A stretch of DNA of 63,365 nucleotides, the filler included, from Conidiobolus incongruus B7586 (lineage: Eukaryota), in the NCBI GenBank assembly GCA_000697335.1. It is 7 parts of 7 records of this genome, joined end to end, with 100 filler letters (N's around TTAATTAATTAA, not from the genome) between each part and the next. Parts side by side here need not be neighbours in the genome. Positions count along the whole stretch, not along the records: positions 49,576 to 57,349 come from JNEM01006327.1; positions 57,450 to 59,749 come from JNEM01006332.1; positions 59,850 to 63,365 come from JNEM01006356.1; 4 more parts are not named here. One strand, written 5' to 3'. Made by a program: the position numbers and the translations under genes. A model generated the notes under the pieces. That model was not told the DNA's origin, did not search any database, and worked only from the letters and a program-made list of their open reading frames with translations. Within the stretch, counting starts at the first letter, position 1. Each line of letters begins with the position of its first letter. This document shows, piece after piece, positions 49,860-63,365 of this stretch.

Positions 49860-51779
49860 CGTTTGTATAGTTGGATGTGTTTTGCTTCTCTCTTCTTTTT
49901 TTTTTCAAAGTGGTTTCACGCTCTTTGAAGGAATGAGCTCAAGATTAGGTGTGGTTTCCGCTTCTTGAGTAAGAAAAAAGCCTTTTTTTTTTTTGAAATT
50001 TTCGAATGATCAGTATATGAATTTATTTTTTCAAACTTGATTCAGTAGAATTATGGGATATTTTATTAGAATTTCATCTTAAAAATTTCAAATTGATATT
50101 AATAACACCAAATAATATATTATTATTATTACTAAAATTAAAATATATTATCAAACTGATGTGATTTATTATATCCTAAGCCTAATATTTAGTTGAAGTG
50201 ATCTTATTTTAAAATTGATATAAGTTTAAATTCTATATCTTTCAATTATCAGATTACTAACTTATTTTAGAAACCATAATATTATTAATTAACTAAATTT
50301 ATAAATTCAATATAATAACAAAAAAAAATCTGCTCATAATTCAATACTTTATTATAAATTGAATAATATAATTTTGCTCGAATTTTTATTATTCAATCTA
50401 AAAAAGTTCAAAATTATAACCAAATACACAATTTGGATTAATTTCGAATTTAGGTTGGGTCGCTCAAACTAAATATTTAACTAGAATAAGATCTAGAATC
50501 AATATATTAATCAAATTCTACACTTATAAGACCAATACACCAGTGACTATGGCAACTATTGTGACTTCTTTTACGAAAATCATAACCCTTAACAGTCTAA
50601 ATTGTGGTATGTAGTTAAAAGCAGTTATAGTATTATTTGAAATTACTCAGGTCTAAATTGTTTAATTCTCCTAATATTGGTAATGTGAATATGATTAGCA
50701 ATTATAAGAATTTCATAATTTTAATATTAAGCATTTTTCTGATAATTTCCTATTCTATTTATTTTACTTGGGATTTCATATAATTGGTAATTACTATCAT
50801 TCTGAAGATGTTTAGCTATCTAAAAACCAATTATTTTATACGGTATCTAATCAATTATTAAAACAAAAGAAATATGAAGTATACTGGGTTCAATCGAATG
50901 AAAATTTTTTAATACTATCACATTTTAATTAAATCAATTATCAAATTTTAAAATTAAATAAAATCATTATTATGATATTTTCATAATTACAAGAATTCAT
51001 AGGTCTTTATTATTTGTATATTTATTGATTTGCTATATTGAAAGAACTAAATAACACATTGCTGGCTTAAATTAATTATTTTACTTATATGTTTCTATAC
51101 TTATCAACAACTTTATTTGCAGTTTGAATGAATCAAGTTCTCGACATTTTTTGTAGAATATTTTGAAATTATTTTTGAATTATTAATAAGTGGTAACTCA
51201 TAAATTCAATTTAAAGTTATATTACGGATGAATTATGTTAAATGTATTGAGATTATAATATCATTGTTTTTATAGTTTCTAATTATTTTATAAAGTTCAA
51301 GTTGAGATTTTTAAATTAAATTATGAGAATAGCATTATGATAAATTAAAATGAATTCATATCTAATTTTGTATTTTATATTTTATAAAAAAATATTGAGT
51401 TTGATTAAATTTTATTAATATAATCCAGAAATTGATTTAATATTATTTTAATTGTGATTTTGAATATTTAAGATTCTATTCATAATACTTTGCAAATTCA
51501 TTATTGAAAGTAACTAATTTGAATTGGTATGATCCCATAATATTAAGTTTGATAACTTGTAATTAAATTAATCTCAACTCTGATTGAATACTGATAGATT
51601 TTATTATTCATTTTTATCAAATCAAATTTAATGATGTAATTTTTACCAATTTAGATCGACTCAACCCGTTCAAAGCACTTTATTAGACTATATTTATTGA
51701 TATTATATTGATAATTGTAATTAGAGCCATGTCAAACTTTTTAAATAGTTCAAAAGGTGGCTAAGATTCAATTCACTTA

Positions 51780-52620
51780 AAGTGTTTTGGCTTATGTTGC
51801 AAGAGGTAATATCGATCAGGAACTTCAAATTTGGGCCAAAATTAATTATATTGTATTATATATATAAAGTATTATTTACAGTTTTGTTTTATTTAGACAC
51901 ATAAGAATGGTCTCTTCCATCTAATTATATCAAAACATAAATCATATTCTTACTTAGAATCAAATATTCAGCGAATTTATAGTCCAAAGCAAACACTTTG
52001 ACAAGATCTACATCGAGCCGGAGAGAGACTACTGGGCCAAAAGCCTCAAAGAATCGCTATTAAGGTTTTCTATTACTCTAAAACTTAGCATGCATGAAGG
52101 CGGTCACTTTACTTTGGAGATGGAAATTGGCGCAAAATCAAATAAACTCTGTATGTTAATAAGTCAACTTATGACGTTCAGTAAGGTTCTCCAGCATATT
52201 CAATATGCCCATATTAGACAAGCTGAAATTTATGATTCTACAGTAAGTTTATAGTATTTATATATAGAATTTTGACTAATTTGAATGTTAGCTAAGAATT
52301 TGTTTGTCTACACTCCTATTCGTTCATCACACCACAAACCGTCTGGGAACTTTGGACGAACTGATCACGATCCAAGTCAACTGGAATGGCTTTTTCCAAA
52401 CTGTGGTGGAATTTGAAGATATTCAATTACTACAACTTATCCTAAGCAATATGTACCAGGTATCAATTTTCATATTCAAACTATGATTGACTTCTGATAA
52501 TATTTAAATGATAAACTTGGTTCCACATTCCACCACCTAACAGAAATTGGAAAATGCACGATTATCTCTACTACTGTAGATATTAGTCACTTCTTATACT
52601 TCTTGAAAAGTCGCTAGTTG
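51780..52620 (+). pseudogene. Possible class-3 lipase-like gene remnant
   Basis: Frameshifted GH.LG.G.A-like segment at ~52102-52135 and VARG at ~51796, with intron-like GTAAGT..TAG. Weak. Confidence 0.3.
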
Positions 52621-53496
52621 GATTCCTATACAGTTACATTAAGAAGATTATCTTATAATTTCTAAAATTATCATATATTAGTCCAAAAGATTCAGATCAT
52701 TTCCAAAATTCAAGTATATTAGCTAAAATTTTATAGAATAATAACAAATATGAATCTAATATAGTCAGTATCGATTTTTTATTACTATTTGAATGTAATT
52801 CAATAATAAACTAATAACTAATCGAATTTGAACTTTTCAATTATTTTGAATATTAAATTTCAGTAAGGATAGAATATTTTGGATAGTCAAATATTTTTTA
52901 GGAGTTGAATTGAATATTAACTAGAAAATAATCTTCAAATTTAAAAATTCAATTTCGAATTGATTAAAAAGATCCTATAAAAGTATATAATCACATCAAC
53001 TTTATTCAATAATTTTATAAGAAAATAAAACTTTATTTTCATTAAATTCAAATTAATATTAATTATGAATTAATTGAAAATCTAAATGGATGAAATAGCT
53101 TTTTTTCATTTCAATCTATATATATTAAAGTCTTTGTAATAAAACTAAAAAAACCTATTTTAATAAATATATTTTAATATTTGAAATATATCTAAAATAA
53201 GGTGTGTATATATAGTGTTTCGAATTATCAAATTCAATAAGTTATATATTAACTTATATGAAATTAATTTTGAATTTTAAAAGTGTTCTGAAATTTTAAA
53301 AATTGTGAATATTAAGTCAATTAATATAACCATATTGTGGTTATTAATATTATTTGTAATTTATAAAATTATCAAAAAATATTTATATAATATTAAAAAA
53401 AATAATTTTAGTAATTAAAAAGAATCAAGGTAAAATTTTTTGAGGATATTAATCAATTAATATCAATTATCAAGAGTAGATATAATTACACTGTGT

Positions 53497-54625
53497 TTAA
53501 GATAAGAACTTTTGTTGCAAAGCGGGTAATACTAAAAGATAAGATTAATATAATGATAATATCTGATTGATGTCAAAGACTTACCATTGTTGTATAAGTA
53601 ATAGATGAGGACGGAGAACCATAGTATAAGTAAAATTTGTTTAATATCGAAACCAGATTCTAAAATATCGGGGATTAATGTTACATATTAGAGGGCAAAT
53701 AATATCGGAATTACCTCTAGATTCGGTCTTAGCATGATGATGATGGAAAGCAGCTGAATCTTCCTTCTTAATGGGAGGAAGTAAGGCATCCATCTCGTCG
53801 AAAATAGTACCGTTTAATTTGAAGACACCAATAGTAGCTTGAATGATATCATCTACAGATAATAGGTAAGTATATTGCATTGTGAAATAAACTATGGACT
53901 CACTCTTGGTATCTAAGTCAATGTCCAGTTCGTCCAATTTTTGACGATACATCTCCTTGAAACTCTTAGCACTTTCAATATGTTCGAATTGGAAAAATTG
54001 TACACCTTCGTCAGAGTCCAAATTGTAGTTTTTCTTGACTTTCTTGCTCATCATTTGACCACCTGACAAATCTCCAAGGTATCTGGTGTAGGAGTGAGCG
54101 ATCAGGCGGTGGGGATGGCTTTCACTGTCGGCCTTAATACTATCAACATAGTGTTGGATGGCAGGAGTGATGGGATTGGATTCTTTCCAGTTTTGGCCCA
54201 AGTAAAAATCGATATCTTTTCGCAAGGTTTCGACGCGGTTTAATTCCTTGGGGAAGTAAATGGGTCCAAGGACGGGATGATCTTTGTGTCTGGCGAATTC
54301 TTCTTCCATGGCTCTAAAAACCCGAGTTAATAATGAAATTAATAACAAAGTTAAATTAGCATTACTCGTAAACATAGTAAAGACTGACTAAAAACTTGGC
54401 ATAAACTTCTCTAGGTAAAGTGCCTTTAAACAAGCTCAAAACAAAGGGAGATCTCTCCAAAGCTTGGTGAATATCCCAAGTACCTTGCTTCAAACCCTGA
54501 CTCAAAGGCAAGTTAGGATCTAAATTTTTGACGCTATCGTCCAATTGTTGCTTAGCGCTGTTAGCTTCTTCAGGAACGAGGTTATACTTGGGGATTAATA
54601 TATTTTGGAAAGTTTTAATACTCAT
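53497..54625 (-). CDS. HMX1: Heme oxygenase with C-terminal membrane anchor, 5 exons
   Basis: Proximal His in GTWDIHQALE, FPKELNR and HSYTRYLGDLSGGQ. Spliced C-terminus ..DIKQILLILWFSVLIYYLYNNVLPALQQKFLS*. Introns at about 54313-54365, 53853-53904, 53660-53715 and 53531-53584. Confidence 0.92.
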
Positions 54626-56722
54626 TATTTTAATTTTTCAAATAAAATATAATATAATATAATATAAAAATATTATAAATATAAATCAAATAATCCCAAC
54701 TAAGTTTCGAAAAAAATAAATTAACCTTTAGAAAAAATTAGTCTCTTTGAATAAGAGAAATAGAGTTTAAATACTTATTAAGAATCAGTCTTTTACCAAA
54801 TTAATTTGGAAATGAAATTACCCAAAGTGGATGAAAATTGAAGGTAATCCATTTTCAATTTAATTTTAAGAATTAAGGAGTTGGCTCTAAAATTTCATTA
54901 TATTAAGTAATCTTACTTTTTTATTGGTTATTTGGAGTTAAAAATGGTTGTGAAGGACTAATTGGGGTTATGTCATGCAAATTTAATAGTCAAATTGACT
55001 TGATATTACGATTTTAATGGTTTAAGGATTAATATACATATTAAATTGATTATTTGAGAATTACGAATATTGTTTGATGTGATTATCATATTTATTACCC
55101 AATATTATAACTCTCCTAACAAACTTGAAACGATTCCAAAATCTTTAACAAATAACAACTTGAATCACTCATATCTCTTCACCACTATTATATAAGAATC
55201 CACTCTTTACAACAGTATTAAACTTTCGAAATTTATAAAACCCCTTTATAAATTGTAACGCTTCAACTTTTTATCTATTGGTGGATAAAATCTTTTTTCA
55301 AAATTGTGTAGTTTTTAAAAAAAATTTCGTGATTTAAATGTTTTTTTTAATAGTTTTTATTTGAATAAATTTTGAAATTTTATCAGATTATCCACAATTG
55401 GTAATTTTATCTGATAAACTATAATTAACTATCATTGATTGAAATTTAATGCTTTTGTATATTTTTTGGATTTTATATTTTTATTAAAGTAATTATAAAG
55501 GTAGATTTTAATCATTATATATTAGTAGTTCAGGAATCATTTTATATAATTTAAATTCAAAAAAATATTAATGACTAGAATTCCAATATTTACTGAACCA
55601 ATAACAGTGAAATCAAATAGGAAATAAAAGCGTTCTATTTATTTTATTGGATTTTATAAATTGAGAATATGTTAAATAAAATATGGTAATTGGTTGAAAA
55701 TATGTTTTAATGGGTATTTCTTAGTTAGATTAAATCCTTTTGATTTGATAAAATTGTAGTGATGATCATTTTATTTTATATTTGAGTGTGATAGGGTTTA
55801 TTTGATTAATGTGAGTTTGCTATTTTTTATTTGTGTCCAATGATTAACCGATATTTCCACATATTGAAATACTGAGTATTCATTTTATTTAAATTAGTAC
55901 CTAACCAGACTTTGAGATTTTTTTTAGAATATCAAATATTCTCAGCGAATTTAGATCAATAAATATAATTTTGGAAATTCAGAAAAATGGTTTTTAATGA
56001 CAATATTTTATAGAGAGAATATTTTTAATATATTTAGCAGTTACTGTAATAAAGATTTAAATGTATTCAGCTTATATAATCAAGCTGCTTGATAATTTAA
56101 TAAAATTATATTATTCATTATCATAGCATATATTCATTTATGAAATTGTAATAAAGTTGACTGTAACTCAACAAATTGCTACATAATAATATTGTGATGA
56201 ACTTAAAATTGCTTTATATGGACCTTTGAAAATCACTTAAAATGTTCATGATCGTTGATATATTAATTATTCTATTTTATTATTGGGACTTGGAAAAATA
56301 CTCATGTATTTATATTGTTTGGTTTATTTATAATACCTGAAAATTTAGTCTGATCAAAGACTGTGAAAAGATGAAAAAATACCATACACAATATATGAGA
56401 CTAAGATTAATGATATATTAGATTAGATAATTTAAATACCATATATAAATCATATCTAAAACAAGGTTAATTGCACAAACTAGAGAAAAAAGTAATTTAA
56501 TATAAATCCATCAATAATGTACATCATTTACCAATATAACTTGAAATGTTTTTAAAAATTTTATTACAGATAAAAATTAAGTTGTAATATTAAAATTTAA
56601 AATATAGAATTATCTTATTCAAAATCAACTTTTGGATAAAAGATAAAAAGTAAACAAAGATCAATATCTTAGTAAAAATAGTATCTATCTGACTTGGTTG
56701 TATTAAATTAATATTTTTGATA

Positions 56723-56828
56723 TTACCTTGAATTTGAAATAATGGGAAATTTTTTAATTTCCGATTTTTCAAACATATTATTAGTTTGAAATGAATAAAT
56801 ATATACAAAGTTAATAGGAAATTATATA

Positions 56829-56865
<37 letters not shown>

Positions 56866-57349
56866 TTTTTTTGATTAAAAAATTAACTTTTTAAAATTGG
56901 TTGTTTAATTTAATCATACTTAAACCAAATAGTGATCATCAAAAGTCTTTTATTTTGGTATCAGTAAAACTTAACCATAAACCCTCTAAAATTATTTAAA
57001 ATTTACAAGCAGCTTTTGGTAATGAAGCATTATCTAAATCAACAATTTATTGCTGGGTAAATTACTTTAAGGCTAGGAGAGAAACTATTCAAAACCTGCC
57101 AAAATCTAGAAGACCAACTTCAACTGTTACTCTTTCAATTGTAAATAGAGTGAAAAAATATATTGAAAAGCACTTTTTTATTTCAGCTAGAGAATTATCT
57201 AAGTACTTTAATATTAGTCTTACAAGTATTTTATATATTTTAAAGTTTAAACTAAAATTAATAAATAAAAATGCAAAATAGGTACCTTATAATTTAACTA
57301 AAGCTTAAAAAAAAGCTAGAGTAGCTATTGCTAAACAAAACCTATTGAA
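56723..57349 (+). mobile_element. 5' half of a mariner subfamily 2 element, truncated by gap
   Basis: TA followed by TIR ttaccttgaatttgaaataatggga. Transposase N-terminus ..ALSKSTIYCW..LPKSRRP..*VPYNL. Confidence 0.8.
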
Positions 57350-57449
57350 NNNNNNNNNNNNNNNNNNNNNNNNNNNNNNNNNNNNNNNNNNNNTTAATTA
57401 ATTAANNNNNNNNNNNNNNNNNNNNNNNNNNNNNNNNNNNNNNNNNNNN

Positions 57450-57928
57450 CTTTGATAATTCTCTAGCAGAAATAAAAGGGTATTTCTTAATATATTTTTT
57501 TACTCTATTGGTAAGTGAAAGAGTGACAGTAGAAATTAGTCTTCTAGATTTTGGTAAATTTTGAATAGTGTCCCTTCCAGCTTTAAAATCACAAATCCAG
57601 CAATATATGGTAGTTTTAGATAAAGCACCATCTCCATAAGCTGTTTGCAAGTTTTAGATGATTTTAGAGGGTTTATGGTTAAGTTTTAAAGATACAAAAA
57701 TAAAAGCCTTTTGATAATTACAATCTGGTTTAAGCATGATTAAATTTAAGTGTAAATTTTAAAATCAAAATATTTTAATAAAAATAATAATTAAAATTGA
57801 ATATATATATATAGTTTGAAAATATTTATTTTCCTATATATTTTATATATATATAATCTTTCAAAATGTATAATATGTTTGAAAGATTGGAAATTAAAAA
57901 ATTTGCCATTTCTTAATTTCCATACTAA
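57450..57928 (-). mobile_element. 5' part of a mariner subfamily 1 element, truncated by gap
   Basis: Near-identical reverse complement of 7172-7650. TIR ends at 57928, followed by TA. Confidence 0.88.
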
Positions 57929-58928
57929 TATTATAAAAAAACCTCATACTTTAATTTTTGATTAAATATATTAAATTTAGCTTTAAAGATTATTTTTTCT
58001 TATATAATTATAAATTATATAAAAAGACATAATTTGAACTTTTATAAAATAATGTTTTAATATAACTAAAAATCAATGACTATAATGATTAAGTTTTCTT
58101 TATTATTAAAAAATTTTCAAAGGACTTTAGTATCAAATAACGTGATTATTAAAATAATTAAATTTATCAAATATATAATATTTTTTATAATTCTTAGTTT
58201 TGTATAATAATCAATAAGTGTTTTATATTTTTGATAATATAGGTTATATTGAATTAAATATAAATTTGATTAATTTTATTAATGTAGATAACTTCATGAT
58301 ATATTTGAATTCTGGTTTAAAATAATATTAAAGACGATTAAAATATAATATATTAATTATAATATAAGAAATTATATCAAGATTACAATTGATAGATAAT
58401 TCATATAAAAAAAATAAATTAAATATATTCTATTTAAGTTCCAGAAAATATAACATAGGAATAGAAATAAAATATTATAATTTAATCTCTATTTATAAAA
58501 TTTAATAATATTTTAAATAATCAAATAACAGGAAAATATATGTTTGAACTGATGAAGAGGTTATATTTATATAGTAATAATATCTATTTATACTTAATTT
58601 AAGCTCAAAAGTATTGAATTGATTTTTTTAGTTTTATAAATCTTTGAATTAGTGTAGTTACTAGATTATGGAATAATTTATATAGTTAGATCCTATTGTA
58701 TACATTAATCCAATTTATGATATCAGAATTTATTGAAACTATTGAACTAAATTACAATTTTACTTCACTTAAAATTTAATATTGGATGGAAAAATGACCT
58801 CAATGAAGAAATTATTGATAAAATAACCATTATATGAATATATTATAATTTTGGTGAATTAGAAAGGACAAAAATACATATAAATATTATTTGGAATCAT
58901 AAAAACTTCAAATAAGTGATTAATATAT

Positions 58929-59261
58929 TGACACTGGCTGGAAAGTCAAGTGTCCAATAACTTTTAAGTAAATATTCGTCTTCCAGGACGGCACCTGTTT
59001 GGTGATATAAAAGGGGTAATTTATTGTTTAACCTGGATTATTGGGCTGTATCCTAGGAAGAGGACCGAGGTGATAACTTGGTTGTAGTCGGCATATTTAT
59101 AGTTTGCTTGACGTGTCTTTCCAGCGTATGAACTGTAAGTCGGATGGAACGATTGATTGCATTGCTAGGTGTATTTTGTGGTCACATTGCAGATGGATCT
59201 ATGACGGGGTTCTCGAATGAAATAAATTGTTAAGAACGAACAGGTCCTCCAGCCCGTGACA
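58929..59261. mobile_element. Putative solo LTR (333 bp)
   Basis: TGACAC...GTGACA termini with an ATAT duplication on both sides. GC-rich island. Confidence 0.55.
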
Positions 59262-59389
59262 ATATATAAGTTTGATTTAAAAATATTAATTGGATATTTA
59301 TTAGATATTTTATTATAGTAGTAATATATGTATATAAATACTATAAAAGGAAATGATATTGAATTAATGATGCTATATTTGATATATAG

Positions 59390-59749
59390 TGTCACGAGTC
59401 AGGTGACTCTCCTCCCACGTAATATGCTTACTTCAACTGAATATAAGGGTCATTCCCCCCCTCATGTGACCAACCACTTCAACCCTATCCTTTAATCAGC
59501 TAATGATACAACCCTCCAGAAAACTCCAGAAACCTACTACTCTATGCACTATATATAGAACCCAGAAACAGAGCTATACTACAAGAGAAGGAGTTCGATC
59601 TGGGTCCTCCCAGCTATTTGGCTTAAACCAATAAACCCCCTATCTCCCTAACCTTTACCTGGAATTCCCTAGATCTCTCCCTTTTGCTTATACTATTCCG
59701 GACACGGCTTTCCCAAGACGTGTTAATTTGGTGGAGAATCTATACCCTT
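59390..59749 (+). mobile_element. 5' LTR (~59390-59725) plus primer-binding site of an LTR retrotransposon, truncated by gap
   Basis: TGTCACG...CGTGTTA termini, internal TATATATA and AATAAA, then TGGTGGAGAAT (59729-59739), complementary to a tRNA-Ala-type 3' end. Confidence 0.7.
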
Positions 59750-62700
59750 NNNNNNNNNNNNNNNNNNNNNNNNNNNNNNNNNNNNNNNNNNNNTTAATTA
59801 ATTAANNNNNNNNNNNNNNNNNNNNNNNNNNNNNNNNNNNNNNNNNNNNAATTCCAATAAAATGAGCTAAAGAACATCATTTGATTATGGACTAACAAAG
59901 CCACTATAAATGAGGGATGATATGGGCTTAAATATCAAATCGAGAGGGAAGGGTATTTTCCAGTTACAACAGAAAGAAAAATCTTGTTTACAAATCATGT
60001 ATGTTATTAGATTATAGCAATTTATATATAATTAAAACCATAAATATTTTGTGTATCTAAAAATAGTATAAAATTTGTTATTAATCATACTCACTAGGTA
60101 AAAATCCTTTTAAATTATGATTATTATAATAAATCAAAGAATATTATAAAAAATTTGATAAATTTTTAATATTTTAAAATTAAAGTTACAATTTTCAGGA
60201 TATATTATAAATATAGTACAGTTTAACAATTAATTTAGCACAGAAATTTTTATTCAATAGACAAAGTTATTAATTTTTAAGATTGTACTATTGCTTTTTG
60301 TAATATAAAAACTCAATATAAATGAATATATTTTTTGAAATAATATATAAATTAAATATGTATCAATTTTATATTATTAAACTATTAAATTTTTACTTTA
60401 ATTAAGAGTATTAATTTATATTTAACGTTTAAAATTTATTAATATTTTACAAATTAAATATAATAATATAAAAAAGAGCAATTAAAGTATTGATGAAAAT
60501 TAATTTTAGAATATGATTTATGAATTAAATATTGTTCTTGTCTGATAATATTATAAGAAACTTGATTAAATATAAGAGTGCAAGTAAATATTTTGAATTA
60601 AATAACATTTAACTTGTTTTTAGCTATTATTAGAGTATAAATTGACATATTGGACTTGAATTAACTGTATCAAATATAAATACATCTGAAGATAATCCGA
60701 CTTTCAAACGTGGAATTTGAAATATATTAAATAATAAATTTTCTAAGCAAATGAATATGGTTATAAAATGCTACAAGATGTGTGATAGTTCATGCGATAT
60801 AAACAAATAAAAGCGTTTTTAGTATTTATGATAATCGATTTAATTAAAAGAAATATAAATGGATTATAGAAATATTTGTAATTTTTTGTTGTAATATTAT
60901 ATATTTGAATAAGATCAAAGGCAGATTTTAAGAGTATATTTTAACAAATTATAGAAAAATAGCTTATAATTATTTACATTTAAACGTTACATTGCCCCAA
61001 ATTTTGTATACACACCTTTTAAAATTAAATAATCAATTTTAAACATTTAAATAATTTAAAACAATATATTAAATTGAATCTGAGCTGATTTTTGAAAATA
61101 TTATAAATAAAGTTTTCCAATGTAAGATGATTTGCATAAAATATCATAAAAGTAATGACTGTAACTTTCAAAGTTGATCCCAACTTTGAGATATTGGCTG
61201 ATAATATACCTATTTATTTATTTTATTGTTGTAATATACAAGCCATTATAATCATTTAATCAAATTAAAAATTTTCCGATTAAATCATTGATCAAATGTC
61301 GGTAATTGCCAAAATAAATTGCTTAGCAGGTTTAACGTTTGAAAAAGTGGATATGAATTTGAATTTGTAATGATTGTCAGCTAAATGCGGATTATTTCAA
61401 CCTTAATAGTAAGAAATGTTATGAAATTCTTTATAAAATCTAGAAATTTGCCATATAATAGAATAAAAATGTAGGATATTCTTTTGCTTTTATTTTCTTT
61501 TGTATTTAAAGGTAACTCTCTGAAACATACAAATTACTTATTTATTTGATGTTTAAGTATCAAATAACTGAGCAAGTTTACCAATGATTGTGGTTGTGTA
61601 TGTGAGCGTCGGGTGATAATTATTGTCTAGTAGTTGTTAATCCATTACAACGTTGATGTTGTGTAAAAATTGGACATATAAGTTGGGATATAAGTTTATT
61701 CTTTGCCCAAAAGTGGATTTCAACTTATATCAAATTGTCTGTTTTAAAATATATCATATTTTTTAAATAGTAATAATTTGAATTATTATAAATGCCTTGA
61801 TATATTAATACATTATATTGTAATTATACGAAAAACGTCAGGTTATTGCCTATCCAAATTTGACAAATCTTAAAATTATAATTAAATATAGATATATTTT
61901 AAAATTTTATGATGTAACAATCTCATACCAAGATTTATAAGTCTAACTAATATGTATAATAGTAACAAAAGTATTAATCCACTAGATTATTGTATTGGAT
62001 AATACCAAGATGATGTAAGCAATTTTATTGATTTTATCGAATAATATCTTTAATGTAATCATAACCTTGCTGGGTTGAAGAGGTTTATTAATTTTTTCGA
62101 TATAAAACCATCAATAATGTGTGAATAAATGAAAATTATTTGCTATTTAAACGTAGAGATAAATAATTTCATATTATAAGTCATCAATAATTATTTAAAA
62201 AAATATACTATTATATATCTAATATAGCTCTTATTTTTCTAAAATACTTTTCTAACACTAGAAATATAACAAATAGACAATATTCCGTACTTTTATCACA
62301 TGGCCATGATAAAACTGGGAGCGCTTTACTAAATCAAGTATGAATAAAAAGATTTTTAACAAAACTTTCGAAATGAAATCATTAATTTTCAAAGCTGTGA
62401 TTTAAATTGTGCAAAAATTTGTTATTCAATAATATATCATATCATTTAAATAACTACTTTATCCTAAATAATATGAATGTAATTGCAATTTCTGTACAGA
62501 TTTATATTACTCATTACTATCAAATTAAAACTAATTTGATATTTTAAAGATTCGATGAATGGATTATTATATAATACTTACATAAATAATTTATATATTG
62601 AAATTTGGTCAAGTTTATAATGCTCTGATAAATTTCTGTCCTAATTGTCAGTTTATATAAATAAAATTGTTTTAATATGAAATTTTTAATTCCAAACTAT

Positions 62701-63365
62701 CTATGTTTATAATTAATATCAAATCACTCAATTCATAACTTATTCAACCAATTAGAATTATATATAACTTATTAACTCTTAAGCAAATAAAAATATAAAA
62801 TAATAATATCATTTTCTGATTGTGATTCCATATTATTTGCTCAAATGTAATATTGAATAAGCCTAAAGGGTAGATATTATCTAATATAAGTCAATATTTT
62901 CATGAATTGATTTCACTTTTATTATCAATATTTCAAATTAAATAAAAATTATATTTTGAGAGGTAATCAATTCAGCTTGAAGAGATTAGAATGTAAAAAT
63001 TTAAGTGTTGTATTTCAAAATTAATCATCTCTTCTAGTTTAATAGCTAAACCAATATTATTTCTATTTTAAGCTGGCTTTGTCAGTCTATAATTAAAGGA
63101 TACTCTTTATTCTCTTTGTTTTTATTAGATTTTATCCAAATCCCATATCATTCATTGATTCAATTATTTAAACCCAACAGTGATAAAGATAGAGGGAAGA
63201 TTTTTCTTTTGGATATTCTGCTACAACACCTCAACAGTAAGTTTTCAAACCTACAGTCCCAATATATTAAAGAGCAGGATTAATAAATAATTTACTAAAT
63301 CATATTTTGAGTACTTTTCTAACTACAATCTTTATTTATAAAACTTAATATAAAAACACAACATA

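Noticed and set aside
56590..59395. I/K/F/N-rich ORFs (56590, 59165; likewise 38449, 38603, 48114, 48146)
   Set aside because: Low-complexity translations of AT-rich or transposon-terminal DNA.

Overview
Very AT-rich eukaryotic genomic DNA with short GT-AG introns and six 100-nt assembly gaps carrying a TTAATTAATTAA linker. Gene content suggests a fungus, possibly an early-diverging one (inference only). Positions 1-9.9 kb are a nested pile of Gypsy/chromovirus, Tc1 and DD34D mariner elements eroded mainly by C>T/G>A transitions. Positions 11.3-19.8 kb hold the most unusual feature: six paralogous, intronless, TATA-driven 64-69 aa microprotein genes. Each has a conserved ladder of 6-7 Ser/Thr at i+4 spacing (GSK3-type) and, in five of six, an L(M/L)(S/T)(Y/F)x(R/K) C-terminus. 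tRNA-Ser, tRNA-Lys and tRNA-Asn genes lie in or beside the cluster. The rest contains an Esa1/Tip60 MYST acetyltransferase, an EPT1/CPT1 phosphotransferase, a pepsin-fold protein with degenerate catalytic motifs, a mitochondrial mS27/PTCD2-like PPR protein, heme oxygenase, two tyrosinase pseudogenes, several solo LTRs, further mariner remnants and a LINE-like ORF1 fragment.
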